From positions 1,472,001-1,536,000 of the forward strand of contig CBDCDZ010000004.1 in the NCBI GenBank assembly GCA_965215565.1: a stretch of DNA of 64,000 bases, in the 5' to 3' direction. Shown one piece after another: positions 1 to 9,405 of this stretch. Below the pieces are notes generated by a model that saw only the letters and a program-made list of their open reading frames with translations, was not told the origin of the DNA and did not search any database. A program made the translations under genes and the position numbers. Source of the DNA: Trueperaceae bacterium (GTDB lineage Bacteria; Deinococcota; Deinococci; Deinococcales; Trueperaceae). Within the stretch, counting starts at the first letter, position 1. Each line of letters begins with the position of its first letter.

Positions 1-834
1 CAGCATCGCCCAGACACGGAACATGGCGCTTTGCGTTTTTAAGAGGAGCCGTCCGAGCGTAATCGCGACAACCGTCCAGAGCGCCACGACAGCAAAGGCG
101 AGCGCACGGAAGAGGGCGCTCAGAATGTCCATGAGCCCCGCGCCGTAGCGCAGGTCGCTGAGCGCACGTACCAGCAGCATTCGGCTGTGCCGCCCGACGA
201 TGCCCAAGTAGATGACCACCGCGCTCAGACCTAACGCGAGCACGACCGCGCCCCACTGCGCGACTGAGAGGTAGGCTTGCGGCAACTCGCTATCTAAGCC
301 GAGTTGCAACCGAAGCTGCCTGTCCGACGCCTCCGCCGCGCCGCGCAACCAGGCGAGCCACAACTCGAGCCCCAAGATAAAAATCAGGCCCATATTATTG
401 CCGAGCCACGCCAAGCTGCGGCGCGTCAGCCCTTCCCAGAGGGGTTTGTCCGAGAAGTTAGGCAGGGGCGGCGGAGTCGGTTGCAACACTTTGGCGAGAA
501 AGACTGCAATAAGAGGCAGCACGCCCATCACGCCGCCGACGCTCTGCGCGGGCAGCCGGAGCCATGCGGAGAGCCCTAACGGGTCTTCGCACGAGGGAAT
601 CGTCACGACTTTACAGGTCAGCGATTCGTAGAAGCCGCCGATGAGACTTAGGAAGTAGAGGACGACGTAAGTTGTCAGCGTCAACGCGCCCAAGCCTAGA
701 AGAAGCTGCACGAGCGAGCCGAGGTTAGAGGAACTATCCGCGGTTGCGTAGCGGCGCATGAGGTTAGGGAGAAGCCCCAATAGGATGATGGCGATAAGGA
801 TGGCGGCGAAAGTGGTGAGGTTAAAAGGTAGCAT
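1..834 (-). CDS. multi-pass membrane protein, hypothetical (3' end runs off the window)
   Basis: Manually read open frame from ATG 834 (MLPFNLTTFAAILIAIILLGLL...) to the window edge with several hydrophobic segments; follows 847..1134 on the same strand. Absent from the ORF track because no stop lies in the window. Confidence 0.7.
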   Translation of the reverse strand, partial: MLPFNLTTFAAILIAIILLGLLPNLMRRYATADSSSNLGSLVQLLLGLGALTLTTYVVLYFLSLIGGFYESLTCKVVTIPSCEDPLGLSAWLRLPAQSVGGVMGVLPLIAVFLAKVLQPTPPPLPNFSDKPLWEGLTRRSLAWLGNNMGLIFILGLELWLAWLRGAAEASDRQLRLQLGLDSELPQAYLSVAQWGAVVLALGLSAVVIYLGIVGRHSRMLLVRALSDLRYGAGLMDILSALFRALAFAVVALWTVVAITLGRLLLKTQSAMFRVWAML

Positions 835-846
835 AATTTCGAGACC

Positions 847-1134
847 CTAAAGAACGTAGGTGATGAGAAGCCAGATGCCGAAGCCCAATAAGATGAGCGT
901 CAAGGCGTTCACGCCGACGCGGAAGGCTAAGCGGTCCTCATCGTCTACTTGGATTTTGCGGATGTCCTCGGAGTGGGGTACGGGGGAATGAGGTTCGCTC
1001 AAGCGGGGTTCTTTCTGCCCCCTAACCTCTTCCTGCTCTCGCTGGCGTATGAGGTCATCCTCATAAGGTTCGACCCGTTCAGGTAATTCCGCCAACGCTC
1101 TGTCATCGGCGTCTCTCCAACCGTTTGTCGGCAT
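847..1134 (-). CDS. small hypothetical protein with C-terminal transmembrane helix
   Basis: ATG 1134 preceded by GAAGGAG; C-terminal ALTLILLGFGIWLLITYVL. Confidence 0.65.
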   Translation of the reverse strand: MPTNGWRDADDRALAELPERVEPYEDDLIRQREQEEVRGQKEPRLSEPHSPVPHSEDIRKIQVDDEDRLAFRVGVNALTLILLGFGIWLLITYVL

Positions 1135-1287
1135 GAAAGCTCCTTCTCGTTCGCTTACAGTCTGACGCCGGATAAGGCGCACCGTTCTCTATAGCGTAAC
1201 GGTTTGTACGACTGGGATTCACAAAGGGCGCTACTTGAGGCTCTTCATCAAGCGTCTACGTTTCACCTGCTATACCGTGATATTTGT

Positions 1288-1450
1288 TAGCAGTTCCACG
1301 ACATACTGAGACAGTTGAGCGCAGATCTCTGTCCGCAAGGACTAGCGTTACGGGCAGGCCGCCCTGCCGTTGCGGGATTTCATCCCTCGAGGTGCGTGCT
1401 AGACTGTTCATTTCTCACTAAGGGTGTCTCTGACCAGATGATACCTGCTA
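1288..1450 (+). mobile_element. TA-ended miniature inverted-repeat element (MITE-like), copy A
   Basis: Ends TAGCAGTTCC...ACCAGATGATACCTGCTA; interior largely identical to the inverted copy at 18160-18343. Confidence 0.8.
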
Positions 1451-1527
1451 TGTACAGTGACATCCTCCACGACACCCCTACCCTCCTAAACGTTATGGTG
1501 TCTCATTCTAAAATGGGGATGTTCACC

Positions 1528-4500
1528 ATGCGCCCGAATTTACACACACCTCAGCACGCGCTCAATAAGGCGTTTAGAAAGGTCAAACCCAACCGCGCAG
1601 ACTTCGAGACCTTTAAGGCGCAGCTTCACGCGCTCTTAGCAGGCGTCAAAGCGGGCGAGTCCGAGGAGTTTCACAAGAACCTCATCCGCGACTTTCTCCA
1701 GACCAGCTACTACGGCGCGGACCACTTCATCAATACGAAGGGGCGCAACGACCTCGTCATCCACGAGGGCAAGACCGACACGTCGCCCGTCGGGGTCATC
1801 CTCGAGACCAAAAAACCCGACAACAAGAGCGAGATGCTCACTCCAAACGACCTCAACCGCAAAGCGCTCCACGAACTCATCCTGTACTACCTGAGGGGGC
1901 GCGTCGCGAATCAAAACTTGAGCGTCAAGCACCTCATCGCCACGAACACCTTTGAGTGGTTCATCTTCGACTCGAGCGACTTCGAGAAGCGGTTCGTCGA
2001 AAATAAGGCGTTCGTCAAGCGGTACGAAGACTTCGCGGCGGGACGCTTGTCGAGCAGCAAGACCGAGTTTTTCTATAGCGACATCGCGGAGCCGTTTATC
2101 AAAGGGTTGAGCGACCCTCTCCCCTTTACGCACGTGGACTTGCGCGACTACCAACCGGGCGAGACGAGCGAAAAGAAGCTCATCACCCTCTACAAGCTTT
2201 TCTCGCCTGAGCACCTGCTCAAGTTGCCCTTCGCTAACGACAGCAACACGCTCGATAGACGCTTCTACGCCGAGCTTCTCCACATCATCGGGCTGAGCGA
2301 GGTCAAAGAGGGCGGCAAAAAGCTGATTGTACGGCAAGCTGAGAGCGAGCGCGGCGAGGCGTCGCTCATCGAAAACGCCATGATTCAGTTGGACGACAAA
2401 GGCAAGCTGAGCCGCTTAGCGCATCCTGCCCACTATGGCAACACTAGGGAAGAACGGCTTTTCAACGTCGCGTTAGAACTCGCCATTACCTGGATCAACC
2501 GCATCCTCTTTCTCAAACTGCTCGAGTCACAACTCAAAAGCCATCATCAGGGGAGCGAGGACTACGCCTTTCTCAACAGCCAACGCCTGCACAACTACGA
2601 CGACTTAAACACCCTCTTCTTCCACGTGCTTGCCAAACCCGTCAACGAGCGCCGCGCGTCGGTTTCCGAGTTCGCGCACGTGCCGTACCTCAACTCGAGC
2701 CTCTTCGAACTCAGCGAACTCGAGCACCGCACCCTCGACATGAGCGCCCTGCGCGACGAACGCGAACTAGGGCTCTATTCCAGCACCGTCCTCAAAGACG
2801 CACAGGGCAAAAAGCGCACGGGCAAGCTCAACACGCTCGACTACCTCTTCGCCTTCTTAGACGCCTACGACTTCAGCAGCGAAGGCTCCGAAGCGGTGCA
2901 AGAGGAGCGTAAAACCCTCATTAACGCCTCGGTCTTGGGGCTCATCTTCGAGAAGATCAACGGCTACAAAGACGGCTCCTTCTTCACGCCGGGCTTCATC
3001 ACCATGTACATGTGCCGTGAAAGCATCCGCCGCGCGGTGCTGCAAAAGTTCAACGCGGTCAAAGGTTGGCGCTGCGAGACAGTGGACGACCTCTACAACA
3101 AGATTGACGACAAGCGCGAAGCCAACGCTATCATCAACAGCCTCAAACTCTGCGACCCGGCGGTGGGCTCCGGTCACTTCCTCGTCTCGGCGCTGAACGA
3201 ACTCCTGACCCTCAAGAGCGACCTCAAAATCTTGCTGGACGAGCACGGCAAGACCCTGCGCGACTACACCCTAGAGGTCAGCAACGACGAACTCGTCCTC
3301 ACCGACGATGACGGCGAGCTGTTCGCGTACAATCCCAAAAACCCCGAGAGCCAGCGCGTCCAAAAGACCCTCTTTTCTGAGAAGCAAACCCTCATCGAAA
3401 ATTGCTTGTTCGGCGTGGACATCAACCCCAACAGCGTCAAGATATGCCGCTTACGGCTCTGGATCGAACTCCTCAAACACGCCTACTACAAAGAGGTGGA
3501 TAAAGGCGAGAGGCAGCTCGAGACCCTGCCCAACATCGACATCAACATCAAAGTCGGCAACTCGCTCATCAGCCGCTTTCCCCTAGACGCCGACCTCAAA
3601 AAAGCGCTCAAAAAGAGCAAGCTCAGCGTGGCGGACTACCGCAGGGCGGTCAACACCTACCGCAACGCCACCGACAAAGAAGAGAAGCGCGAGATGGAAA
3701 GCCTCATCGGGCGCATTAAGAGAGACTTCCGCACCGAAATCGCCGCGAATGACCCCAAAGTCATCCGCTTAGAGAACCTCAAGGTCAAACTGGCAACCCT
3801 GGAACAAGCCCAACTCTTCGAGGAGAGCGCCGCGCAGAAAAAAGAGCGCGAAAAGCTCGCCAAAGACATCGCCAAGCTCGCCGCCGACATCGAAGAGATT
3901 CGGAGCAACCAAATCTTCGAAAACGCCTTCGAGTGGCGCTTCGAGTTCCCGGAAGTGCTGAATGACGACGGCGCGTTCGTGGGCTTCAATGTGATTTTAG
4001 GCAATCCGCCCTACATCCGCCAAGAGTCGATTGGCAGCGCGGTCAAAGAGCAACTCGGGCGCACCTACGGGGCGTATCACGGCAGCGCCGACCTGCTCGT
4101 CTACTTCGTAGAACTCGGTGTCAACCTCTTGAGCACCCAGGGCACATTCAGCTACATCACCGCGAACAAATGGATACGGGCGAACTACGGCAAGGCACTC
4201 CGCCGCTGGCTCAAAGAGAAACACCTCTTGCAAATTATCGACTACGGCGACCTCCCCGTCTTCGAAGAGGCGACCCCCTACCCCTGCATCCTCTCGGTTG
4301 CGAATGAACCAGAGGAAGAGAGCGCTAAACCCAGCAGTAAAGCCGTGCAAATCGTCAAGATGGAAAACCTAGAGGACGACCTCCACGACTACGTCGCCAC
4401 GCACGCCTACGCCCAACCCGTCGCAGAACTGGACGACAGCGGCTGGTCCTTAGCCAGCAAGGACGCGCAAAAGGTTTTAGACAAGATAAGCAAAGCGGGC

Positions 4501-5340
4501 GTGCCGCTAGAGCAGTATGTAGATGGGCAAATTTTCATTGGAGTCAAAACTGGATACAACAGAGCGTTTATTATTGATGAGGAGACAAGAGAAAAGCTCA
4601 TTGAAGAGGACCCGAAAAGTGAGGAGCTAATTAAACCTTATCTTGTCGGACGAGAAATCAAGAGATACCGCTTATTATCAGTAGAACGGTATCTGATATT
4701 CACGCGGCGCGGTACAGATATAGACCAGTATCCTGCTATCAAGAGACACCTGACTAAATTTAGAGAGGACCTGGAGCCTAAACCGAAAAACTGGCAAGGT
4801 AGAGAATGGAAAGGTAGAAAATCAGGCACTTACAACTGGTGGGAAATTCAAGACAATGTGGCGTACTTTCAAGAGTTCGAGAAACCCAAAATTGCATACT
4901 CTGAAATTGCCTCACGTGGTCAATTCACGATAGATGAAGGTCAAACATACTTTGACATGACAGCGTTCATTCTCGGCTCTGACTCTAAATACTTACTAGG
5001 AATTTTGAACTCGACCCTGTGGACATACATTTTTTCTAGCGTGAGTTCGCAAATACGCGGCGGATTTCTTCGGTGGAAGCGTCAATATATAGCTCCTCTC
5101 CCCATTCGCACCCTCAACCTCTCCAACCCAACCGAACAAGAGCAGCGTGAGCGCATGACGCGGCTGGTGGACGAGATGCTGGGGCTGCATGAACAGAAGG
5201 CGGGCGCGGCGGGCGCGGAGTTGGAGCGGGTGACGGGCGAGATTGCGGCGCTGGACGCTCAGATAGACGCGCTGGTGTATGAGCTTTATGGGCTCACAGA
5301 AGAAGAGGTGGAGGTTGTGGAGGCGGCGGTGGCGGGATGA
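1528..5340 (+). CDS. Type IIG restriction-modification enzyme (Eco57I-like fused endonuclease/N6-adenine methyltransferase, C-terminal TaqI-like specificity domain)
   Basis: N-terminal D..ETK nuclease-like motif, SAM-binding DPAVGSGHFL, catalytic NPPY, C-terminal EFEKPKI..YLLGILNS. Start moved to ATG 1528 because the ORF-track start lies inside the MITE. Confidence 0.9.
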   Translation: MRPNLHTPQHALNKAFRKVKPNRADFETFKAQLHALLAGVKAGESEEFHKNLIRDFLQTSYYGADHFINTKGRNDLVIHEGKTDTSPVGVILETKKPDNKSEMLTPNDLNRKALHELILYYLRGRVANQNLSVKHLIATNTFEWFIFDSSDFEKRFVENKAFVKRYEDFAAGRLSSSKTEFFYSDIAEPFIKGLSDPLPFTHVDLRDYQPGETSEKKLITLYKLFSPEHLLKLPFANDSNTLDRRFYAELLHIIGLSEVKEGGKKLIVRQAESERGEASLIENAMIQLDDKGKLSRLAHPAHYGNTREERLFNVALELAITWINRILFLKLLESQLKSHHQGSEDYAFLNSQRLHNYDDLNTLFFHVLAKPVNERRASVSEFAHVPYLNSSLFELSELEHRTLDMSALRDERELGLYSSTVLKDAQGKKRTGKLNTLDYLFAFLDAYDFSSEGSEAVQEERKTLINASVLGLIFEKINGYKDGSFFTPGFITMYMCRESIRRAVLQKFNAVKGWRCETVDDLYNKIDDKREANAIINSLKLCDPAVGSGHFLVSALNELLTLKSDLKILLDEHGKTLRDYTLEVSNDELVLTDDDGELFAYNPKNPESQRVQKTLFSEKQTLIENCLFGVDINPNSVKICRLRLWIELLKHAYYKEVDKGERQLETLPNIDINIKVGNSLISRFPLDADLKKALKKSKLSVADYRRAVNTYRNATDKEEKREMESLIGRIKRDFRTEIAANDPKVIRLENLKVKLATLEQAQLFEESAAQKKEREKLAKDIAKLAADIEEIRSNQIFENAFEWRFEFPEVLNDDGAFVGFNVILGNPPYIRQESIGSAVKEQLGRTYGAYHGSADLLVYFVELGVNLLSTQGTFSYITANKWIRANYGKALRRWLKEKHLLQIIDYGDLPVFEEATPYPCILSVANEPEEESAKPSSKAVQIVKMENLEDDLHDYVATHAYAQPVAELDDSGWSLASKDAQKVLDKISKAGVPLEQYVDGQIFIGVKTGYNRAFIIDEETREKLIEEDPKSEELIKPYLVGREIKRYRLLSVERYLIFTRRGTDIDQYPAIKRHLTKFREDLEPKPKNWQGREWKGRKSGTYNWWEIQDNVAYFQEFEKPKIAYSEIASRGQFTIDEGQTYFDMTAFILGSDSKYLLGILNSTLWTYIFSSVSSQIRGGFLRWKRQYIAPLPIRTLNLSNPTEQEQRERMTRLVDEMLGLHEQKAGAAGAELERVTGEIAALDAQIDALVYELYGLTEEEVEVVEAAVAG

Positions 5341-5395
5341 GCCTCGAGTAGACTTCGTACATTGACTTATAACCCTATGTACTATAATCTAATTG

Positions 5396-5710
5396 ATGAG
5401 CGTTTTTGTTGAAACTCCCATCTTCCACCAGCTCATCGGCAAACTTCTAAATGATGAGGGGTTGCGTGCCCTGCAAAATGAGCTGCTCGAGAATCCTACA
5501 AAGGGCACGGTTATTCGTGGCGGGGGCGGGCTTCGTAAGGTGCGCTTTACCGACCCTTCACGCGGCAAGGGTAAAAGGGGCGGCATTCGTGTTATCTACG
5601 CTATTCAAGGAGAACGCATCACCTTATTACTCGCTTATAGCAAAGACGTTCAGGACGACTTGACCCCAAGGCAGATCAAGATTTTGCGGAACACTCTCGA
5701 GGAGGAATGA
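5396..5710 (+). CDS. RelE/HigB-family type II toxin
   Basis: FVETPIF...GGGGLRKVRF...GKRGGIRVIY...LLLAYSK motif; overlaps a downstream HTH gene; TATAAT at 5383-5388. Confidence 0.88.
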   Translation: MSVFVETPIFHQLIGKLLNDEGLRALQNELLENPTKGTVIRGGGGLRKVRFTDPSRGKGKRGGIRVIYAIQGERITLLLAYSKDVQDDLTPRQIKILRNTLEEE

Positions 5711-6003
5711 TGGAAGACAAACTTTTCGACGACCTCATTACTAGTGTCAAACAGATGAAAGCGATTGAGAAGGGCGAGCTAGAACCCGCCAGGGTGACGG
5801 TACTGGAAGATGGTACGCCTAGGGTCTCTGATGTGCGGCGCACCCTCGGGCTCTCTCAAGCCGAGTTCGGCACGCTCTTAGGGGTCAGCAAGCACACGGT
5901 TATCGGTTGGGAGCAGGGGCGGCGTGTGCCGAGCGGGGCGGCGCGAACGCTGCTTAAAATTGCGGCGAAGCATCCTGAGGTGGTATTGGGGGTAAGGCAA
6001 TGA
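5707..6003 (+). CDS. HigA-like HTH (Xre) antitoxin
   Basis: LGLSQAEFGTLLGVSKHTVIGWEQGRRVPSGAARTLL; 4-nt overlap with the toxin. Confidence 0.88.
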   Translation: MMEDKLFDDLITSVKQMKAIEKGELEPARVTVLEDGTPRVSDVRRTLGLSQAEFGTLLGVSKHTVIGWEQGRRVPSGAARTLLKIAAKHPEVVLGVRQ

Positions 6004-6203
6004 GTATTGAAGAAGCGGTCTTGGAGAAGTTGCGTAAATTGCCACCAGCGCGGCAGCTTGAGGTGCTTGACTTTGTGGAGTTCTTGGAGAGCAAAATAAG
6101 TCAGCGGCAAGCGGCGCTGGCGCGAATGCTCGAGGCGAGTCAAGGTGCGGTGGTGTCTGAAGATTATGTGGCTGAACTCGAGCGTATGCGCTCTGCTGAG
6201 TAG
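6000..6203 (+). CDS. DUF2281-like small protein (putative orphan antitoxin)
   Basis: LEKLRKLPPARQLEVLDFVEFL motif; overlaps the upstream stop codon. Confidence 0.7.
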   Translation: MSIEEAVLEKLRKLPPARQLEVLDFVEFLESKISQRQAALARMLEASQGAVVSEDYVAELERMRSAE

Positions 6204-6266
6204 AGATGCAAGTCTGATCACTGCCTGATTTATCCCTTTTGTATCAACAATAATATATACTGAGTT

Positions 6267-6537
6267 ATGCGGTTCGTGTGGGATGATGCTAACTTGGAGC
6301 ACATCGCTAAACGAGGGTGGGAAGCGGAAGACGTGGAAGAAGCACCCCTACCGCATCCGCACGGACGCTTACAACATACCTTTCGAGAAGCGCCGAGCTA
6401 TCACAGGTCAAACAAACTATGGCGTCATCATCACGATTGTTTATACGGTAGAAGGTGAAGCCGTTCGCCCTTTCTCCGTACAGATTAAACGTAAAGAGGT
6501 TGAGCGCTACAAGAGGATGCGAAAGGGGAAACAATGA
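6267..6537 (+). pseudogene. BrnT-like toxin, frameshifted
   Basis: N-terminus MRFVWDDANLEHIAKRG..EDVEEA is in one frame; C-terminus RRAITGQTNYGVIITIVYT...RPFS is in another and its stop overlaps the next gene. Shift near 6340. Confidence 0.7.
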
Positions 6538-6956
6538 AAGTCATCAACGATTTGAGCGAAATTCCGCAAGGAATGAGTCCAGAAGAAGAGGCGCGATTTT
6601 GGGAAGAGCACGAGTTTGGTGATGGCGTAGCTTTTCATAGACCGAGTGCAGACGACCCTGAACTGCCACCAGTGCGTGAGCGTAGCGTAACGCTAGACTT
6701 ACCAGAAGAGGTCATAGAACAGCTTAGAGAGGTTGCGCAGGAGCGGGGGATGTCGGTGCGGCGTCTGCTGAGAACGCTGGGCATGAAACCCAAACGTTCT
6801 GGACCCATCGCCGTGCGCTTTGAAGACGACACCGTAGCGCGGCTCAAGGTGCTCGCGGAGCGCAAAGGAACGGGCTACCAAACGCTCTTAAAGGCATTTG
6901 TGCAAGAGCGGCTTTATGAGGAGGAGAAACGTGAAGGGCTACTCGAGCCACGCTAG
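6534..6956 (+). CDS. BrnA/CopG-like (RHH) antitoxin
   Basis: EEEARFWEEHE...LKVLAERKGTGYQTLLKAFVQERL; coupled to the BrnT-like frame. Confidence 0.8.
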   Translation: MKVINDLSEIPQGMSPEEEARFWEEHEFGDGVAFHRPSADDPELPPVRERSVTLDLPEEVIEQLREVAQERGMSVRRLLRTLGMKPKRSGPIAVRFEDDTVARLKVLAERKGTGYQTLLKAFVQERLYEEEKREGLLEPR

Positions 6957-6971
6957 ACCCAAAGACACAAC

Positions 6972-7000
6972 TTGACACCTCCCTCAAAGCCCCGTAAGCT
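6972..7000 (+). promoter_or_regulatory. sigma70-type promoter of the riboswitch/btu operon
   Basis: TTGACA (6972-6977), 17-nt spacer, TAAGCT (6995-7000). Confidence 0.75.
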
Positions 7001-7005
7001 GACCT

Positions 7006-7192
7006 TGTTCCACCCTTGGGAAAGTCCGGTGCGAGTCCGGCGCTGTCCCGCAACGGTAACTTGCAGGTATTATCTAGTCAGAGCCAGTTCAAGCAGATAG
7101 AGCATCCTTTAGCCGTTACTTTTAGAGATGATGTCTGCGTGATCTAAACGATAATGACCTCTTCAAGAAGCCCGAATGCCAAGCTGGAACAG
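7006..7192 (+). promoter_or_regulatory. cobalamin riboswitch
   Basis: GGGAAAGTCCGGTGCGAGTCCGGCGCTGTCCCGCAACGGTAA core and AAGCCCGAATGCC; closing helices TGTTCCA/TGGAACA and CTTGG/CCAAG; lies upstream of btuFCD-cobS. Confidence 0.9.
7061..7165 (-). repeat. degenerate MITE-family copy H inside the riboswitch
   Basis: Begins TGCAGGTATTATCTAGTCAGAG (cf. TAGCAGGTATCATCTGGTCAGAG at 27028) and contains the internal module AGAGATGATGTCTGCGTGAT; right boundary approximate. Confidence 0.55.
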
Positions 7193-7197
7193 ACCTA

Positions 7198-7308
7198 TAG
7201 CGGTTGTCGCAGTCACTGAGCTTGTATCACGCAAGTATTATCTCTGAACGTGCGTGTTGAGCGGTACTCTCTCGTCTGAGAGCGTTTGTGACCAGATAAT
7301 ACCTGCTG
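7198..7308 (+). repeat. degenerate MITE-family copy G
   Basis: TAGCGGTT..CACTGAG..CGCAAGTATTATCTCTGAACGTGCGTG..GACCAGATAATACCTGCT; same module order as copy C. Confidence 0.65.
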
Positions 7309-7453
7309 TAATTCCTTGCGAGGCACAAGGAAGGGCGATAACGGCGCGTGTTCTTTACGAACGTGCCGCTGCGCGTCCATCCGTTTACGCATGTGTGTAT
7401 ACATATGTAAATGAGATGGATTTTTTGTTCCCTGCAAGAGCCTGGAGGCTTTT

Positions 7454-8353
7454 GTGTACGCGATTCGTGTGATTAAGCTAGCTCGACTTCTCTCACTCAT
7501 CTTTCTTCTCAGTATCGCCTTTGCGACCACCTACCCGCTTACCGTCACGGACGAGTTGGGCGTAGAGGTCACGCTCTCGGCAAAGCCCATGCGCGTCGTC
7601 TCGATGCTGCCTAGCCACACCGAGACGCTCTGCGCGGTAGGGGCATGTGACACGCTCGTGGGCGTGGACCGCTACAGCGACTTTCCGGCGCAGGTACAGG
7701 ACTTGCCGACGTTGGGCGGCAGCCTCGAGGGGGCTAACCTAGAGGAAATCGTAGCGCTAGCGCCCGAACTCGTCCTGGTCTCCGAATACGGCGAGCTGGC
7801 GGGGACGCTCCGCGACTTAGGGTTGAACGTCTACGCGGGCAGCCCGCAGACCGTCCAAGACACCTTCGCCTTCTTCGAGATTTTGGGCGAACTGCTGGAC
7901 CGGGAGGCGCAGGCGCAGGCGCTCGTCGCGGACACGCGGCTCGAGCTTCAAGAGGTCGAGCGGCGCACGCAGGGTTTGGACGCGCCGAGCGTCTACTACG
8001 AAATCGACGCGACGCCCTACAGCGCCGGGCCGGGCTCCTTTATCGGCACGCTGATTCAAACAGCCGGGGGCGACAACATCGTCTCGGCGGAACAGGGCGA
8101 CTTTCCGCAGCTCGAGCCTGAATATATCGTCGCCGCAAACCCCGAGATCGTCATCCTGGGAAACGCGCCGTCGGGCGAGAGTATGGAGACCTTGGCGGCG
8201 CGTCCAGGCTTCGGTAGTCTGAGCGCGGTGCAGAGCGGGCGCGTTGTAGAACTGAGCGAAGAACAGGTCAACATCATAAACCGCCCTGGGCCGCGCATCG
8301 CCGAAGCTGCGAAGCTTTTAGCGAGCATCCTTCACCCTGAAGTGTTCGACTGA
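7454..8353 (+). CDS. btuF: cobalamin ABC transporter substrate-binding protein
   Basis: Signal peptide, RVVSMLPSHTE, RPGPR motif of the B12/siderophore SBP family; riboswitch context; GGAGG RBS. Confidence 0.85.
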   Translation: MYAIRVIKLARLLSLIFLLSIAFATTYPLTVTDELGVEVTLSAKPMRVVSMLPSHTETLCAVGACDTLVGVDRYSDFPAQVQDLPTLGGSLEGANLEEIVALAPELVLVSEYGELAGTLRDLGLNVYAGSPQTVQDTFAFFEILGELLDREAQAQALVADTRLELQEVERRTQGLDAPSVYYEIDATPYSAGPGSFIGTLIQTAGGDNIVSAEQGDFPQLEPEYIVAANPEIVILGNAPSGESMETLAARPGFGSLSAVQSGRVVELSEEQVNIINRPGPRIAEAAKLLASILHPEVFD

Positions 8354-9405
8354 TGCAGCGCGATCTACTTAGGGGCGGCGCGAGAGCGCCTATCAGGACG
8401 GGGATGCGCTGGACGCCCCTGTTGGCATCGCTCCTCGTGCTCGGCGGCATCCTCGTTTTCGCGACGGGCGTCGGGGCGGTGCGGATTGCGCCGTTGGAGG
8501 TCGTGAGCGCGGTGTGGCGCGGTGTGACGGGCGAGCTTGCGGGCACAAACGACGTGATCATCTGGCAGATTCGCTTGCCGAGGGTGCTTCTGGCGGGTCT
8601 CGTCGGCGCATCCTTATCCCTTTCGGGCGTCGCCTTTCAGGGCGTTTTTCGCAACCCACTCGCGGACCCCTACCTCTTGGGGGTAGCGAGCGGCGCGGGC
8701 TTCGGGGCGACGTTGGTTTTAGTCTTTGCGACCTCTTTACCTCTTCTAGCGCAGTTCGGCGTGCCTTTAGTCGCCTTTGTGTTCGCCCTTCTAGCCGTGT
8801 CGCTCGTCGTCCTCTTCGCTCAGCAGGGCGGGCGCGTCCCCCTCGTCTCGCTCATTTTGGCGGGCGTGGTGGTGGGCTCGAGCCTCACCGCCGCCACCTC
8901 GTTCGTGATGCTTTTGGCACAGGAGCAAGCCGCCGGGGTGCTCGCGTGGCTCTTAGGGAGTTTCGCGCTCTCGAGCTGGGCGAAGATCGTCTCGATTCTC
9001 CCCTTTATCCTCATTGCGGGCATGGCAACTATGCTTTCAGCACGCGCTTTGAACCTCTTACAACTCGGCGAAGCGCAAGCGGCGCAGCTCGGGCTGAGCG
9101 TCGAAACCTTTAAGGTCGCGCTCATCGCTGTGGCGACGTTGGCGACGGCGGCGGCGGTCAGCGTGTCGGGCATCATCGGCTTCGTCGGGCTGATGGTGCC
9201 GCACGCGGTGCGCTTGGCGGTGGGACCCGACCACCGCACACTCGTTCCACTCGCGGCAGTGTGGGGCGCACTCTTCATCATCCTTGCCGACCTCTTCGCC
9301 CGCACGGTCATCGCGCCTTCGGAGTTGCCTGTGGGCGTGGTGACGGCGCTCGTGGGCGGGCCTTTCTTTCTCTACTTGATGCGGCGACAAGGTGACACGC
9401 GGTGA
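8353..9405 (+). CDS. btuC: cobalamin ABC transporter permease (FecCD family)
   Basis: IRLPRVL, RNPLADPYLLG, GIIGFVGL, ELPVG motifs. Confidence 0.88.
   Translation: MQRDLLRGGARAPIRTGMRWTPLLASLLVLGGILVFATGVGAVRIAPLEVVSAVWRGVTGELAGTNDVIIWQIRLPRVLLAGLVGASLSLSGVAFQGVFRNPLADPYLLGVASGAGFGATLVLVFATSLPLLAQFGVPLVAFVFALLAVSLVVLFAQQGGRVPLVSLILAGVVVGSSLTAATSFVMLLAQEQAAGVLAWLLGSFALSSWAKIVSILPFILIAGMATMLSARALNLLQLGEAQAAQLGLSVETFKVALIAVATLATAAAVSVSGIIGFVGLMVPHAVRLAVGPDHRTLVPLAAVWGALFIILADLFARTVIAPSELPVGVVTALVGGPFFLYLMRRQGDTR

Noticed and set aside
1190..1274. Possible extra small element TATAGCG...CCTGCTATA next to MITE copy A
   Set aside because: Only a few terminal bases match and the family's internal modules are absent.
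1315..1527. N-terminal extension of the R-M ORF and the similar 64-aa ORF at 18122-18316
   Set aside because: Both are translations of the MITE (MSAxLCPQGLALRAGRP...), not real proteins.
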